64,000 nucleotides of DNA from the NCBI GenBank assembly GCA_030650095.1, contig JAUSEE010000007.1:16812-80811 (forward strand), read 5' to 3'. This DNA is from Candidatus Buchananbacteria bacterium (lineage in GTDB: Bacteria > Patescibacteriota > Patescibacteriia > 2-01-FULL-39-33). The notes under the pieces are model-generated. The model did not search any database. It was not told where the DNA came from and worked only from the letters and a program-made list of their open reading frames with translations. Positions 56,261-64,000 of this stretch are shown here, piece by piece. Position 1 is the first letter of the stretch. The number at the start of each line of letters is the position of its first letter. The position numbers and the translations under genes are program-made.

Positions 56261-58516
56261 TTACTTGGTTACAGTAATCGTCTTAGTAGAGATATTGTTT
56301 GAAGCACTGCTATCTGTCGCCGTTACGGTTATGGCATGGGAGCCTGAAGAAATCTGGCTTACAGCAACTTTATCGGAGCAGGATGCAGTTATACAAGTTT
56401 TCAAGATTTTTTCATCTAACTTTATAATCATTGAAGCCACACCGCTACTATCAGTCGCTGAAGCGGAAACAGTCAAAGTGCCTTTTGTGGGAATATTAGA
56501 TCCGTCGGCTGGATCAGAAATAGTGATAGCTGGGCCTGTGGCATCCGGTGCTATTAAATTGATTTGGGCTGAAGCACTGCCGAAATAGACACTAGAGGAA
56601 TTGTCAACGACTTGTTCAGTGATCGTATATGTACCGGCTTCATTTGAAGCGGTAACAGTGAAAGCTTTGGTCACGCTGGAACCGGGAACCATAAAAGAAA
56701 AATCAAAAGCCCCGATTTGTGTGAAGCCACTGGGCAGAAGAGGTGTAACCGTATAATCAACAGGTGGGCAGGTATTACTATCGTTATTTTTAACCGTCAG
56801 ATTGAAAGATTGGGTTTTGTTTGTTTCAATAGTCGCAGAAGTCGGACTCAATGTGACTGTCGGATTAGCTTTGATGCAGGCAACTTGCGCCATATTGGCA
56901 GTAAATTCAACATAAGGATTAATGGGATCGGTGCTGGTAGCTGTTTGAGTAATTTGCAAGGGCATAGCCGGATCATCGAAAGACGTGCCATTGCTTAATG
57001 TTTTAATATAGCGGGTTACAACACTACCACCAGTGTAACGATGTATATTGACACCAGTTAAATTACTGGGGGCTTTGGTGGTCAATAGAGAATCATAACC
57101 AACGGCGGTGCGGTAAGACAAATAATAATATTCTGAAGTACCAGGTATAGCGATTTTTATAACTTGCGGGTATATGGCAACACCAGGATCCTGTTCGGTG
57201 GGTGAGAGCCGAAATGTGCCGCTGGCAGTTATGGTTTGGACTTTTCCTGGAAAAAGATTAAACCAAGTCATTTGATTCTTGTGTGCTCCGTTATATTGCC
57301 TTAATCCTACAGAGCCATTCCCCATTAGGTCAGAGCTGTCCCCATACTCTTTATCCACCACTCCGTCATTGTTTGTATCAGTGCCGGCATGGCGCATCCC
57401 CAGATTGTGGCCTAATTCGTGACCGATAATGCCTGCGGAAGCCGACGCGATCCACGCCTTACAGGTTGTAGCGCAGCCAACATTGGCGATTCCGCCCCAA
57501 CCGCAGGAATTGCCAGGCAGGATAAAGACCAGATGCTGGTACAGGCCAGTATTGACGCCGGAGGCGACTGCCAGATTGATGGCTTGATCGCCCCAGGTGT
57601 TATAGGCGCAAGAGTCGGTTGAAGAAGCGGCGATTTTAAACGGCCCGACAACATCCACTGAGCCATTGCCATCAGTATCGCGTTTGAAACCGAGTTGACC
57701 GAAAGACATTTCCCGATACAGGCCATCGACTGAATTAGTAGAGCCGTAAACAGCGGTATCAATCTTGTCGGCTGTCATTGATGTGTTCTTGTCTTGGAAA
57801 TTAACTAAAATAAATAAGGCTTTGCGTTCAATTGCGGTTATGGCGTTGGTCGTAACTGCTGAGCTGGCAATATTTTCCACCAGCAATTCTTCCGGCCCCA
57901 AAACATAACCGTCCAAAGAAGCGCTATCTGCGGATGACAGCCTCTCTGCTTGCTTCTTGGGAACATGCAACTCAAATCTTTTGCCGCTGATTTTATCCTT
58001 CAAGAAATATTTAACTTCTGATTTGTTTTTTTGGAAATCGTCTAGCTGGATGACATCCAACTGCCCGGAAATAGCAATCGGACTTTCAATCAGGCTTTGA
58101 ACATCGACTGGCAACTTTTTTTTAAGTTCAGCCGGAATAATAAATGACAGAGCAGTATCTGGGTCGGTTTGAGCGGCTTTCAACAGCTGGCTTTTGCGAA
58201 GCAAAGCTTGACTTAAGACTTTATTGAGCGATTCGGATTTGGTAGACTGGGCTCTTTGATAATCTATATTAGCATTGAGCAAGTCCGCATTGCCCTTCGC
58301 CAGAGCCATTGACAAGACTTCGCTTTCAGCCTGATTTGACGACTGCTTTCTGACAGTTAAGGCTTGGTTTAATGAAGAACTTGGCAGTGAGAATGCAGCC
58401 AAGTACATTAGGCTGGAAAAGGCCGAAGCAACTAGAATTATGACAATAAAAGCCGTGGCCGAGCTGATCTTAACTTTAGTTTTAGTCAGGATAGATCGAG
58501 TGTTTTTCTCTTTCAT
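56261..58516 (-). CDS. Membrane-anchored zinc metallopeptidase (metzincin, M11 gametolysin-like) with C-terminal Ig-like domains
   Basis: LFILVNF, HELGHNLGMRH, EYGD.SDLMG Met-turn; C-terminal D.TGP.ITIS.PADG..V.ASATD.SGV (Big-like). Confidence 0.85.
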   Translation of the reverse strand: MKEKNTRSILTKTKVKISSATAFIVIILVASAFSSLMYLAAFSLPSSSLNQALTVRKQSSNQAESEVLSMALAKGNADLLNANIDYQRAQSTKSESLNKVLSQALLRKSQLLKAAQTDPDTALSFIIPAELKKKLPVDVQSLIESPIAISGQLDVIQLDDFQKNKSEVKYFLKDKISGKRFELHVPKKQAERLSSADSASLDGYVLGPEELLVENIASSAVTTNAITAIERKALFILVNFQDKNTSMTADKIDTAVYGSTNSVDGLYREMSFGQLGFKRDTDGNGSVDVVGPFKIAASSTDSCAYNTWGDQAINLAVASGVNTGLYQHLVFILPGNSCGWGGIANVGCATTCKAWIASASAGIIGHELGHNLGMRHAGTDTNNDGVVDKEYGDSSDLMGNGSVGLRQYNGAHKNQMTWFNLFPGKVQTITASGTFRLSPTEQDPGVAIYPQVIKIAIPGTSEYYYLSYRTAVGYDSLLTTKAPSNLTGVNIHRYTGGSVVTRYIKTLSNGTSFDDPAMPLQITQTATSTDPINPYVEFTANMAQVACIKANPTVTLSPTSATIETNKTQSFNLTVKNNDSNTCPPVDYTVTPLLPSGFTQIGAFDFSFMVPGSSVTKAFTVTASNEAGTYTITEQVVDNSSSVYFGSASAQINLIAPDATGPAITISDPADGSNIPTKGTLTVSASATDSSGVASMIIKLDEKILKTCITASCSDKVAVSQISSGSHAITVTATDSSASNNISTKTITVTK

Positions 58517-58666
58517 AAATTTAAAGATAATTGTAAATGATTATGGAGATTTTTTATATAAATAAAGATATTATGATATTAATTATACCTCTGTTCAACT
58601 GAAAAGCAAAGAATCTATGGCCACCATCTAGCCGTTTCATCTTTCAATTGCCTCTAGCTAATTAAA

Positions 58667-58704
58667 AAGATCGCCTAAACGGCGATTTTTTGGTAAAATA
58701 AAAA
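58667..58704 (+). repeat. ~38-bp hairpin/promoter unit, copy 2
   Basis: AAGATCGCCTAAACGGCGATTTTTTGGTAAAATAAAAA. Confidence 0.7.
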
Positions 58705-58724
58705 CATTAAATAATACTTACATT

Positions 58725-59633
58725 ATGTCTTGGTTTTGGCTGGCTCTAGCCGCCCCAATTTTATGGGGTGCGGTCAATCATATTGATAAATACATTATCA
58801 GTAAATATTTTACCGGCAAGGGAGTCGGTTCGTTGGTGATTTTTACCGGCTTATCCGGTTTTATTATTTCTTTCTTGATTTTAGTTTTTAATTTCTCCAG
58901 TATTTTCCTTTCTCCTGTGACAGCCTTAGTCATTGCCATAAATGGAGCGATTTTAGTAGCCGCCTTTATTCCGTATTTGTATGCGCTAGAAAAAGAAGAG
59001 GCCTCTTGGGTTAGTCCGCTTTATCAATTGATTCCTGTTTTTGGATATTTTTTAGGAATGATATTCTTGAAAGAATACCTATCACTAAACCAAATCATCG
59101 GTTCCATTCTAATCATAGTTGGCGCCTTTGCCCTATCATTAAATATAACCTCTAAATTGCAGTTTAAGATAAGGCCATTTTTACTGATGGTTTTATCATC
59201 ATTTATGATTGCGGTTAACGCTTTGATATTCAAAATAATTGCTCTGCAGGAAAATTTTTGGGGCACTGCCTTTTGGGAGTATCTGGGAGGATTTATTTTT
59301 GCGATATTTCTTTTTACTTCTGTTTCTCTTTACCACAAGCAGTTTCTGGCGACAATTGAAAAGAGTCAAGGACTGGTTTTGAGTTTGAATATTTTTTCTG
59401 AATTAATGAATATAGTTGCTAAACTATTGGCTGGTTTTGCCAGCTTGCTTGCTCCCTTGGCCTTAGTTTGGGTGGTAAACGGATTCCAGCCGGTGATCGT
59501 GCTAATTTATGGCATTATCCTGACTTTGTTTATTCCTAAGTGGGGCAAGGAAAATTTAGATAGAAAATTTCTAACACAGAAGATTGTTGCCATTTTGATC
59601 ACTTTTTTAGGCGCGTATATATTGTTTAGCTGA
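58725..59633 (+). CDS. EamA/DMT family transporter
   Basis: About 10 TM helices in two repeats; AL.KEEAS.V.PL.QL.PV..FLKE.LS. Confidence 0.88.
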   Translation: MSWFWLALAAPILWGAVNHIDKYIISKYFTGKGVGSLVIFTGLSGFIISFLILVFNFSSIFLSPVTALVIAINGAILVAAFIPYLYALEKEEASWVSPLYQLIPVFGYFLGMIFLKEYLSLNQIIGSILIIVGAFALSLNITSKLQFKIRPFLLMVLSSFMIAVNALIFKIIALQENFWGTAFWEYLGGFIFAIFLFTSVSLYHKQFLATIEKSQGLVLSLNIFSELMNIVAKLLAGFASLLAPLALVWVVNGFQPVIVLIYGIILTLFIPKWGKENLDRKFLTQKIVAILITFLGAYILFS

Positions 59634-59752
59634 TAAGCTAAATATATTTATTCGTCTCTGCAAAATTAGATAAAAAAAGAAACTCCTATCAAAGGCGGAC
59701 AAGCCCTGGGCAGGAGTTTTATTGATTATTTTAATCAAGCGTTTCAGAACAA

Positions 59753-60319
59753 TTATACTTCAACCCAAGCATAAGGAGAAAGTATCCAGGCCTCTTTCAA
59801 ATCATCCGTTTTTTCCAGCTCACGTAGGCCGCCGGTGAAATACCTGGGCCGTTTGGCTGGATCATCGCCAAGCGATAATACAGCAGAGCCCACAGTAATT
59901 AACATGGTTTTTTCTTGGACATTGAATGTTTCTATTCTTTTACCTATAACCATTTCAGAAAAATGATCCCATTCTTTTTTATAATGGTTTGAATAAAGCG
60001 GGATTTGAACATTGTATTGATCGGGATTAGCCGCCAACCACATGTCATTGACCAATATCCAATTTGTCGCTCCCCAGATTCTCAAGATCAGCCATTCTTC
60101 GCGATATCTGAAGGTTTTTCTAAGCCTAAAGCCGAGAAATCCAGGCCCGCCTTGGCCGTAGGTGCCACAATAACCAGACCATTCAATTATTTCACGGCCG
60201 ATCACTCTCTTGGCCACAGCCGGGAATATGTCCTTTTTCTGCTTCTTGGTTGGCAGTATGGGAACTAATTTTGATTCAATTCTTTCTGCTTGGGGGCAGC
60301 TGATATCAAACAATGGCAT
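59753..60319 (-). CDS. Hypothetical protein (ORFan cassette)
   Basis: 188 aa, GTYGQGGPGFLGF motif; AGGAG SD, TTGACA-17-TAGTGT promoter, own terminator. Confidence 0.7.
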   Translation of the reverse strand: MPLFDISCPQAERIESKLVPILPTKKQKKDIFPAVAKRVIGREIIEWSGYCGTYGQGGPGFLGFRLRKTFRYREEWLILRIWGATNWILVNDMWLAANPDQYNVQIPLYSNHYKKEWDHFSEMVIGKRIETFNVQEKTMLITVGSAVLSLGDDPAKRPRYFTGGLRELEKTDDLKEAWILSPYAWVEV

Positions 60320-60538
60320 TTCTTTCTCCTTTTCTGTTCTGTTTTTACAATGAACAACACTGAAACACTACAATATATAAATAATTTTGTCAATCTTCAA
60401 TTGGCTTAAAAAATCATTACTTAAAATCATCCACTCCAAAATTGCTAATAAAATAATTTTTTTGTATTATTACAACATATGGAAAAATTCAAAAAAATTG
60501 AACAGCCGGATGCTACCAATGAGATTGATAAACTATAA

Positions 60539-60781
60539 GTGTCAGAGTCACCCCATGGCATGCCTTGCATTCAAATAGAAAACCCAAGCCAGCCTTGGCG
60601 TAGCATCATCCGTCAAGCCATAACGGTAAACGATATGAATGATCCGGCTTACGGCCTGCGCAGTGAAGCCGGGGCATTTTTACAAAGCGATAGTGATGAC
60701 TACCTCCTAGTTGAATTTTGGAAGCCAGATTACCAGCCGTTTGTTGATTATCTTAATGAACGGATTAGTTTAAAAAAATAA
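60539..60781 (+). CDS. Small hypothetical protein
   Basis: 80-aa ORF with protein-like composition (LLVEFW.PDYQPFVDYLN), converging on a shared terminator; start uncertain. Confidence 0.5.
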   Translation: MSESPHGMPCIQIENPSQPWRSIIRQAITVNDMNDPAYGLRSEAGAFLQSDSDDYLLVEFWKPDYQPFVDYLNERISLKK

Positions 60782-60840
60782 TAGCCAAATTAAAAAACTC
60801 CCAAAGATAGGGAGTTTATAATTTACGATAAGGATCTAAT

Positions 60841-61032
60841 TTACAAAAACAAACGAACTCTTTTGCCCAGTGGTTGGCGGTCGGCCACTACCAGATTTTC
60901 CACTGTGGTTTCAAATATATCAGGCAGCGGCTCTGGGTCATCAGGCCAGGTGCTGCCGGTGCAAGTAACCTCAATGTCTCCCTCTTGCTCTTGAACTTGC
61001 AACAATTTTTCCACCAAAGCGCTGATTTTCAT
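60841..61032 (-). CDS. Small hypothetical protein (ORFan cassette, phage-like)
   Basis: MKISALVEKLLQVQEQEGDIEV; AGGAG SD; perfect TTGACA-17-TATAAT upstream. Confidence 0.65.
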   Translation of the reverse strand: MKISALVEKLLQVQEQEGDIEVTCTGSTWPDDPEPLPDIFETTVENLVVADRQPLGKRVRLFL

Positions 61033-61177
61033 AAATCTCTCCTTTTGTTTTCAACCATTCCCAATGTACAACTCACCATATTATTATACACTATAATATG
61101 ATTTTTGTCAAGCTATTCTAAAGCTTAAATAACTAGTGTGCTATAATACTATTACATTTAATATTTACCAAAAAAAT

Positions 61178-61933
61178 ATGATTCTAAAAAATAAAGTGGC
61201 CATAGTCACTGGCGCCAAGCAAGGCATCGGCTACGGCATTGCTTTGGCTTTGGCCAAGGAAGGCTGCCAGGTGGTTGTAAGCGATTTAAGCCAAACCGAT
61301 TGCGAAAAAGCGGCGGCTAAAATAAAGAAGGCGGGAGTAAAAACACTGGCCGTAAAATGTGATGTCTCCAAAAAGAAAGAAGTTGATAACTTGATAACCA
61401 AAACAATAAAAGAATTCAAGCGCTTGGACATTTTGGTCAACAATGCCGGCATTTTTCCTTTTGTTTCTTTTGATAAAATGACAGAAGCCGATTGGGATAA
61501 AGTGATAGATACTAATTTAAAAAGCGTGTTCTTGTGTTGCCAGTCAGCCGTAAAAGCCATGAAAGCCGGCGGTAGAATTATCAATATTTCTTCCATTGCT
61601 TCTTTTGTCGGCTTTGAAGGCTTGGTTCACTACTGCGCTTCCAAGGGAGGCATAAATGCCCTAGTGCGAGCCTTGGCCTTGGAACTGGCTTCCAGAAAAA
61701 TAAATGTCAACGCCGTAGCACCAGGGGCTATCAACACTCCCGGCGCCAAACAGCCTGATCAGCCGAAAACTAAATCCGAAGAACTGGTAAAACAAACCAT
61801 AACTATGATCCCCTTGGGCCGAATGGGCGAGCCTAAAGATATCGCCAATGCTGTTGTCTTTTTAGCTTCCAATATGGCTGATTACATCACCGGGCAAACG
61901 ATAATCGTGGACGGCGGTTGGACTCTAAGGTAA
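61178..61933 (+). CDS. Classical short-chain dehydrogenase/reductase (FabG-like)
   Basis: TGAKQGIG, NNAG, YCASK, VNAVAPG.I.T, DGG. Confidence 0.95.
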   Translation: MILKNKVAIVTGAKQGIGYGIALALAKEGCQVVVSDLSQTDCEKAAAKIKKAGVKTLAVKCDVSKKKEVDNLITKTIKEFKRLDILVNNAGIFPFVSFDKMTEADWDKVIDTNLKSVFLCCQSAVKAMKAGGRIINISSIASFVGFEGLVHYCASKGGINALVRALALELASRKINVNAVAPGAINTPGAKQPDQPKTKSEELVKQTITMIPLGRMGEPKDIANAVVFLASNMADYITGQTIIVDGGWTLR

Positions 61934-62016
61934 TAAACTACTGTGCCCTTACAGACATAATATTTTATAATTCAAGCTTCGCTTGTCTATTGTCCTCTTG
62001 ATTTATATTTTGTTTC

Positions 62017-62077
62017 TGTCATCCCGACTGAAGCGAAAGCGAAATGGAGGGATCCCTCGACTGCGCTCGGGATGACA
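62017..62077. repeat. Head-to-head pair of REP-like GTCAT elements forming a palindrome
   Basis: TGTCATCCCGA...GAGGGATCCCTC...TCGGGATGACA. Confidence 0.75.
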
Positions 62078-62115
62078 ATAAGAGAAATAATAATAACTTG
62101 TTTAAGAAAATATAA

Positions 62116-62150
62116 GATTGCTTCTCCGCCCTGGGCGGATCGCAATGACA
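62116..62150 (-). repeat. Related GTCATTGCGA...GAAGCAATC element with internal hairpin
   Basis: Minus strand TGTCATTGCGA-TCCGCCcagGGCGGA-GAAGCAATC. Confidence 0.7.
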
Positions 62151-62272
62151 AATAAAGGAAAATGGAATAAAAATACTTCATCTATGAGTTAATGCTTTAT
62201 AATATTTCGTGAGAGAAATAAATTTTTGTAAAAAAATAAACTCCCAAGATTGGGAGTTTTTTGATAAAAATA

Positions 62273-62503
62273 TTATTGATAGAAAATAGTAATCAAGATG
62301 TTCATCCGATTAACGCCGGATGGTGGATTTACCGTAGTCATATTAGTCTGGCAATCCATTATCACCAGTTCCGGCAGTTCTTCGATTAATCGCTTTTTTG
62401 ATTCTTCTTGCAACCAGTTATTTATTTGTTCTTCTAAATCCGCAATGGAATCATAACCTCCGACATTGATAAGCGAGAAAATTTTTACCTGCTCAATATC
62501 CAT
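62273..62503 (-). CDS. Small hypothetical protein
   Basis: QVKIF..LEEQINNWL..ILITIFY; purine-rich SD-like upstream; own terminator. Confidence 0.65.
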   Translation of the reverse strand: MDIEQVKIFSLINVGGYDSIADLEEQINNWLQEESKKRLIEELPELVIMDCQTNMTTVNPPSGVNRMNILITIFYQ

Positions 62504-62536
62504 TGTATTTTCCTTTCCTTTTTAGCGCACTGGTGG

Positions 62537-62692
62537 CTAGTTATAAACTAGATGCATCAATGAGCGGTTGAAATGTTTAATGGAATAGCTAAAATCGTCT
62601 AACTTTCTTTCAAAATTATTGGAACCGCCAGTTGAACAGCCGGCTAAAACCAGAATTGCTAAAACGGCTGATAAACCTAAAAAGATTTTCAT
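62537..62692 (-). CDS. 51-aa lipoprotein, below the ORF-track cutoff
   Basis: MKIFLGLSAVLAILVLAG|CSTGGSNNFERKLDDFSYSIKHFNRSLMHLVYN: canonical LAGC lipobox. Confidence 0.7.
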   Translation of the reverse strand: MKIFLGLSAVLAILVLAGCSTGGSNNFERKLDDFSYSIKHFNRSLMHLVYN

Positions 62693-62711
62693 TTTATTTT
62701 ACAACGGCCGT

Positions 62712-63992
62712 TTAGTAAGGCAGAAAAGTAACATTGTTATTGTTAATCAAATCATTGCCGTTGGGCGATGAATCTAGAGCATTGTTGTTGAATCTCCAAT
62801 AACCCATTAGGCCCGGCTCGGAACCGGTTAATTCTATATCTTTACTGCTCAAGATTTCATTTTGAGTTCTGGCCACATTCCAGATGCGCAATTCATCCAT
62901 TTTGCCATCGAAATTATCTCCGTAACCAGATGGCGATCCTTCCCATTGATGACCAATAGAAAATCCCGTACTACTGTTATGAATAGAATTAAAGACTCCT
63001 ATTATTTGATCTCCGTGATGCAGACCATTAACATAAAAATCTACTGTGCCTAAAGAAGCATGATAAACTACTGCCACATGATACCAACTATCTACAGATG
63101 GCATCCAATTAGATGTATTCTGCATTATATTGCTACCATTAGAGCTAATAGTAAAATCGAATTTATACACCCCACTCCAATTACTAATTACAAATAAATA
63201 TGATACATCATGACCCTGATTAGAATCATTGCCCTTACTAAAAATTGGGTAGTTTCTGCCATCTTGTGGCAGAATGGAAATATTTATCCAAGCTTCAAGT
63301 GTCATATCGCTAGTTATATCCAGTCCAACTTGATCCGCATCTGAAATAGAAAAATATTGGCTCAAACTTCTTTGAAAATTAGCATAAGCCGAAAACTCAT
63401 CAGGCGGTGGAGGCGGATCAACAATCAAGCTTTCCAAATAAACAATCCTCTCCTCCAATTCCGCTACTCGGTTTTCATCCCAACTAGGATCGCCCGGATC
63501 ACCTTTCGGCCCCGGTATGCCTTGAGGACCGGCTTCACCTGGAAGACCAGTTAACCCTGTCTCACCTGTCAATCCTGGAATACCCTGAATTCCTTGAACA
63601 CCACGGAGTCCACGAAGACCCTGTGGACCACGAAGGCCTTGCGGACCAATGTTGCCTTGAGGGCCTTGCGGACCGGCTTCACCTGGGGTACCCGATATGC
63701 CCTGTAACCCTTGTTCTCCTTGAGAGCCTGGGGGACCGGTTAACCCTGTTTCGCCTGGCAAGCCTTGCGGCCCCATTTCTCCTGGCAAACCTGGCAGGCC
63801 TTGCGGGCCTGGAGTTAATTCAATGTTTGTAACTTGATCTTCTAAATTCCCCAAGGCATCCCATAGGGCCTCAAAGGGCTGGCCACTGGGATTACTGCCG
63901 ACCATAACCATATTGTGATTGTTATTAGCCATCGCCAAATTGGTGATAAATAAAACAAAAATTACGCTCAACAAACAAGTTAACTTCTTCAT
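62712..63992 (-). CDS. Secreted collagen-like protein with C-terminal LamG/pentraxin-like domain
   Basis: Signal peptide ending AMA; 36 uninterrupted Gly-X-Y triplets; MTLEAWI..WYHVAVVY..FYVNG..FDGKMDELRIWN.AR. Confidence 0.88.
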   Translation of the reverse strand: MKKLTCLLSVIFVLFITNLAMANNNHNMVMVGSNPSGQPFEALWDALGNLEDQVTNIELTPGPQGLPGLPGEMGPQGLPGETGLTGPPGSQGEQGLQGISGTPGEAGPQGPQGNIGPQGLRGPQGLRGLRGVQGIQGIPGLTGETGLTGLPGEAGPQGIPGPKGDPGDPSWDENRVAELEERIVYLESLIVDPPPPPDEFSAYANFQRSLSQYFSISDADQVGLDITSDMTLEAWINISILPQDGRNYPIFSKGNDSNQGHDVSYLFVISNWSGVYKFDFTISSNGSNIMQNTSNWMPSVDSWYHVAVVYHASLGTVDFYVNGLHHGDQIIGVFNSIHNSSTGFSIGHQWEGSPSGYGDNFDGKMDELRIWNVARTQNEILSSKDIELTGSEPGLMGYWRFNNNALDSSPNGNDLINNNNVTFLPY

Positions 63993-64000
63993 TTCTGCTT

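Noticed and set aside
53546-64000. Prophage or intact genomic island after tRNA-Asp
   Set aside because: No integrase, structural phage genes or distal att repeat in the window; it looks like piecemeal accessory genes.
1-64000. Alternative genetic code (UGA=Gly as in Gracilibacteria/Absconditabacteria)
   Set aside because: Conserved genes translate full length in code 11, and purD ends at TGA at its expected C-terminus.

Overview
64 kb of an AT-rich bacterial chromosome read in the standard code (TGA used as stop). Gene content (lone nrdD, short RelA/SpoT, eukaryote-type GlyRS, TrbC/VirB2-like pilin fusions, mostly SD-less core genes) points to Patescibacteria/CPR, probably Parcubacteria; this is an inference, not a database result. 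Core genes: nrdD, ftsZ, ftsA, ybeY, yqeY, rpsU, hisS, lepB, LCP, msrA/B, der, pth, dprA, topA, rel, parAB, glyQS, smpB-ssrA, infC-rpmI-rplT and seven tRNA loci. Three things stand out. (1) A roughly 80-bp structured element with compensatory base changes occurs three times, each at the T-arm of a different tRNA gene (fMet, Met/Ile2, Asp) and flanked by sense and antisense copies of its own host tRNA. It looks like an undescribed tRNA-targeting non-autonomous element. (2) A 15-kb surface-appendage operon encodes two pilin-anchored proteins (970 and 3310 aa); the giant one contains an internal signal-peptide-like segment and an internal GspG-like pilin head. (3) A GC-richer DUF1559/H-X9-DG prepilin of PVC/Hydrogenedentes type appears horizontally acquired. 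There are also REP-like GTCAT repeats, non-canonical tRNAs, self-contained ORFan cassettes and an accessory region downstream of tRNA-Asp. All calls are by eye, without database searches.
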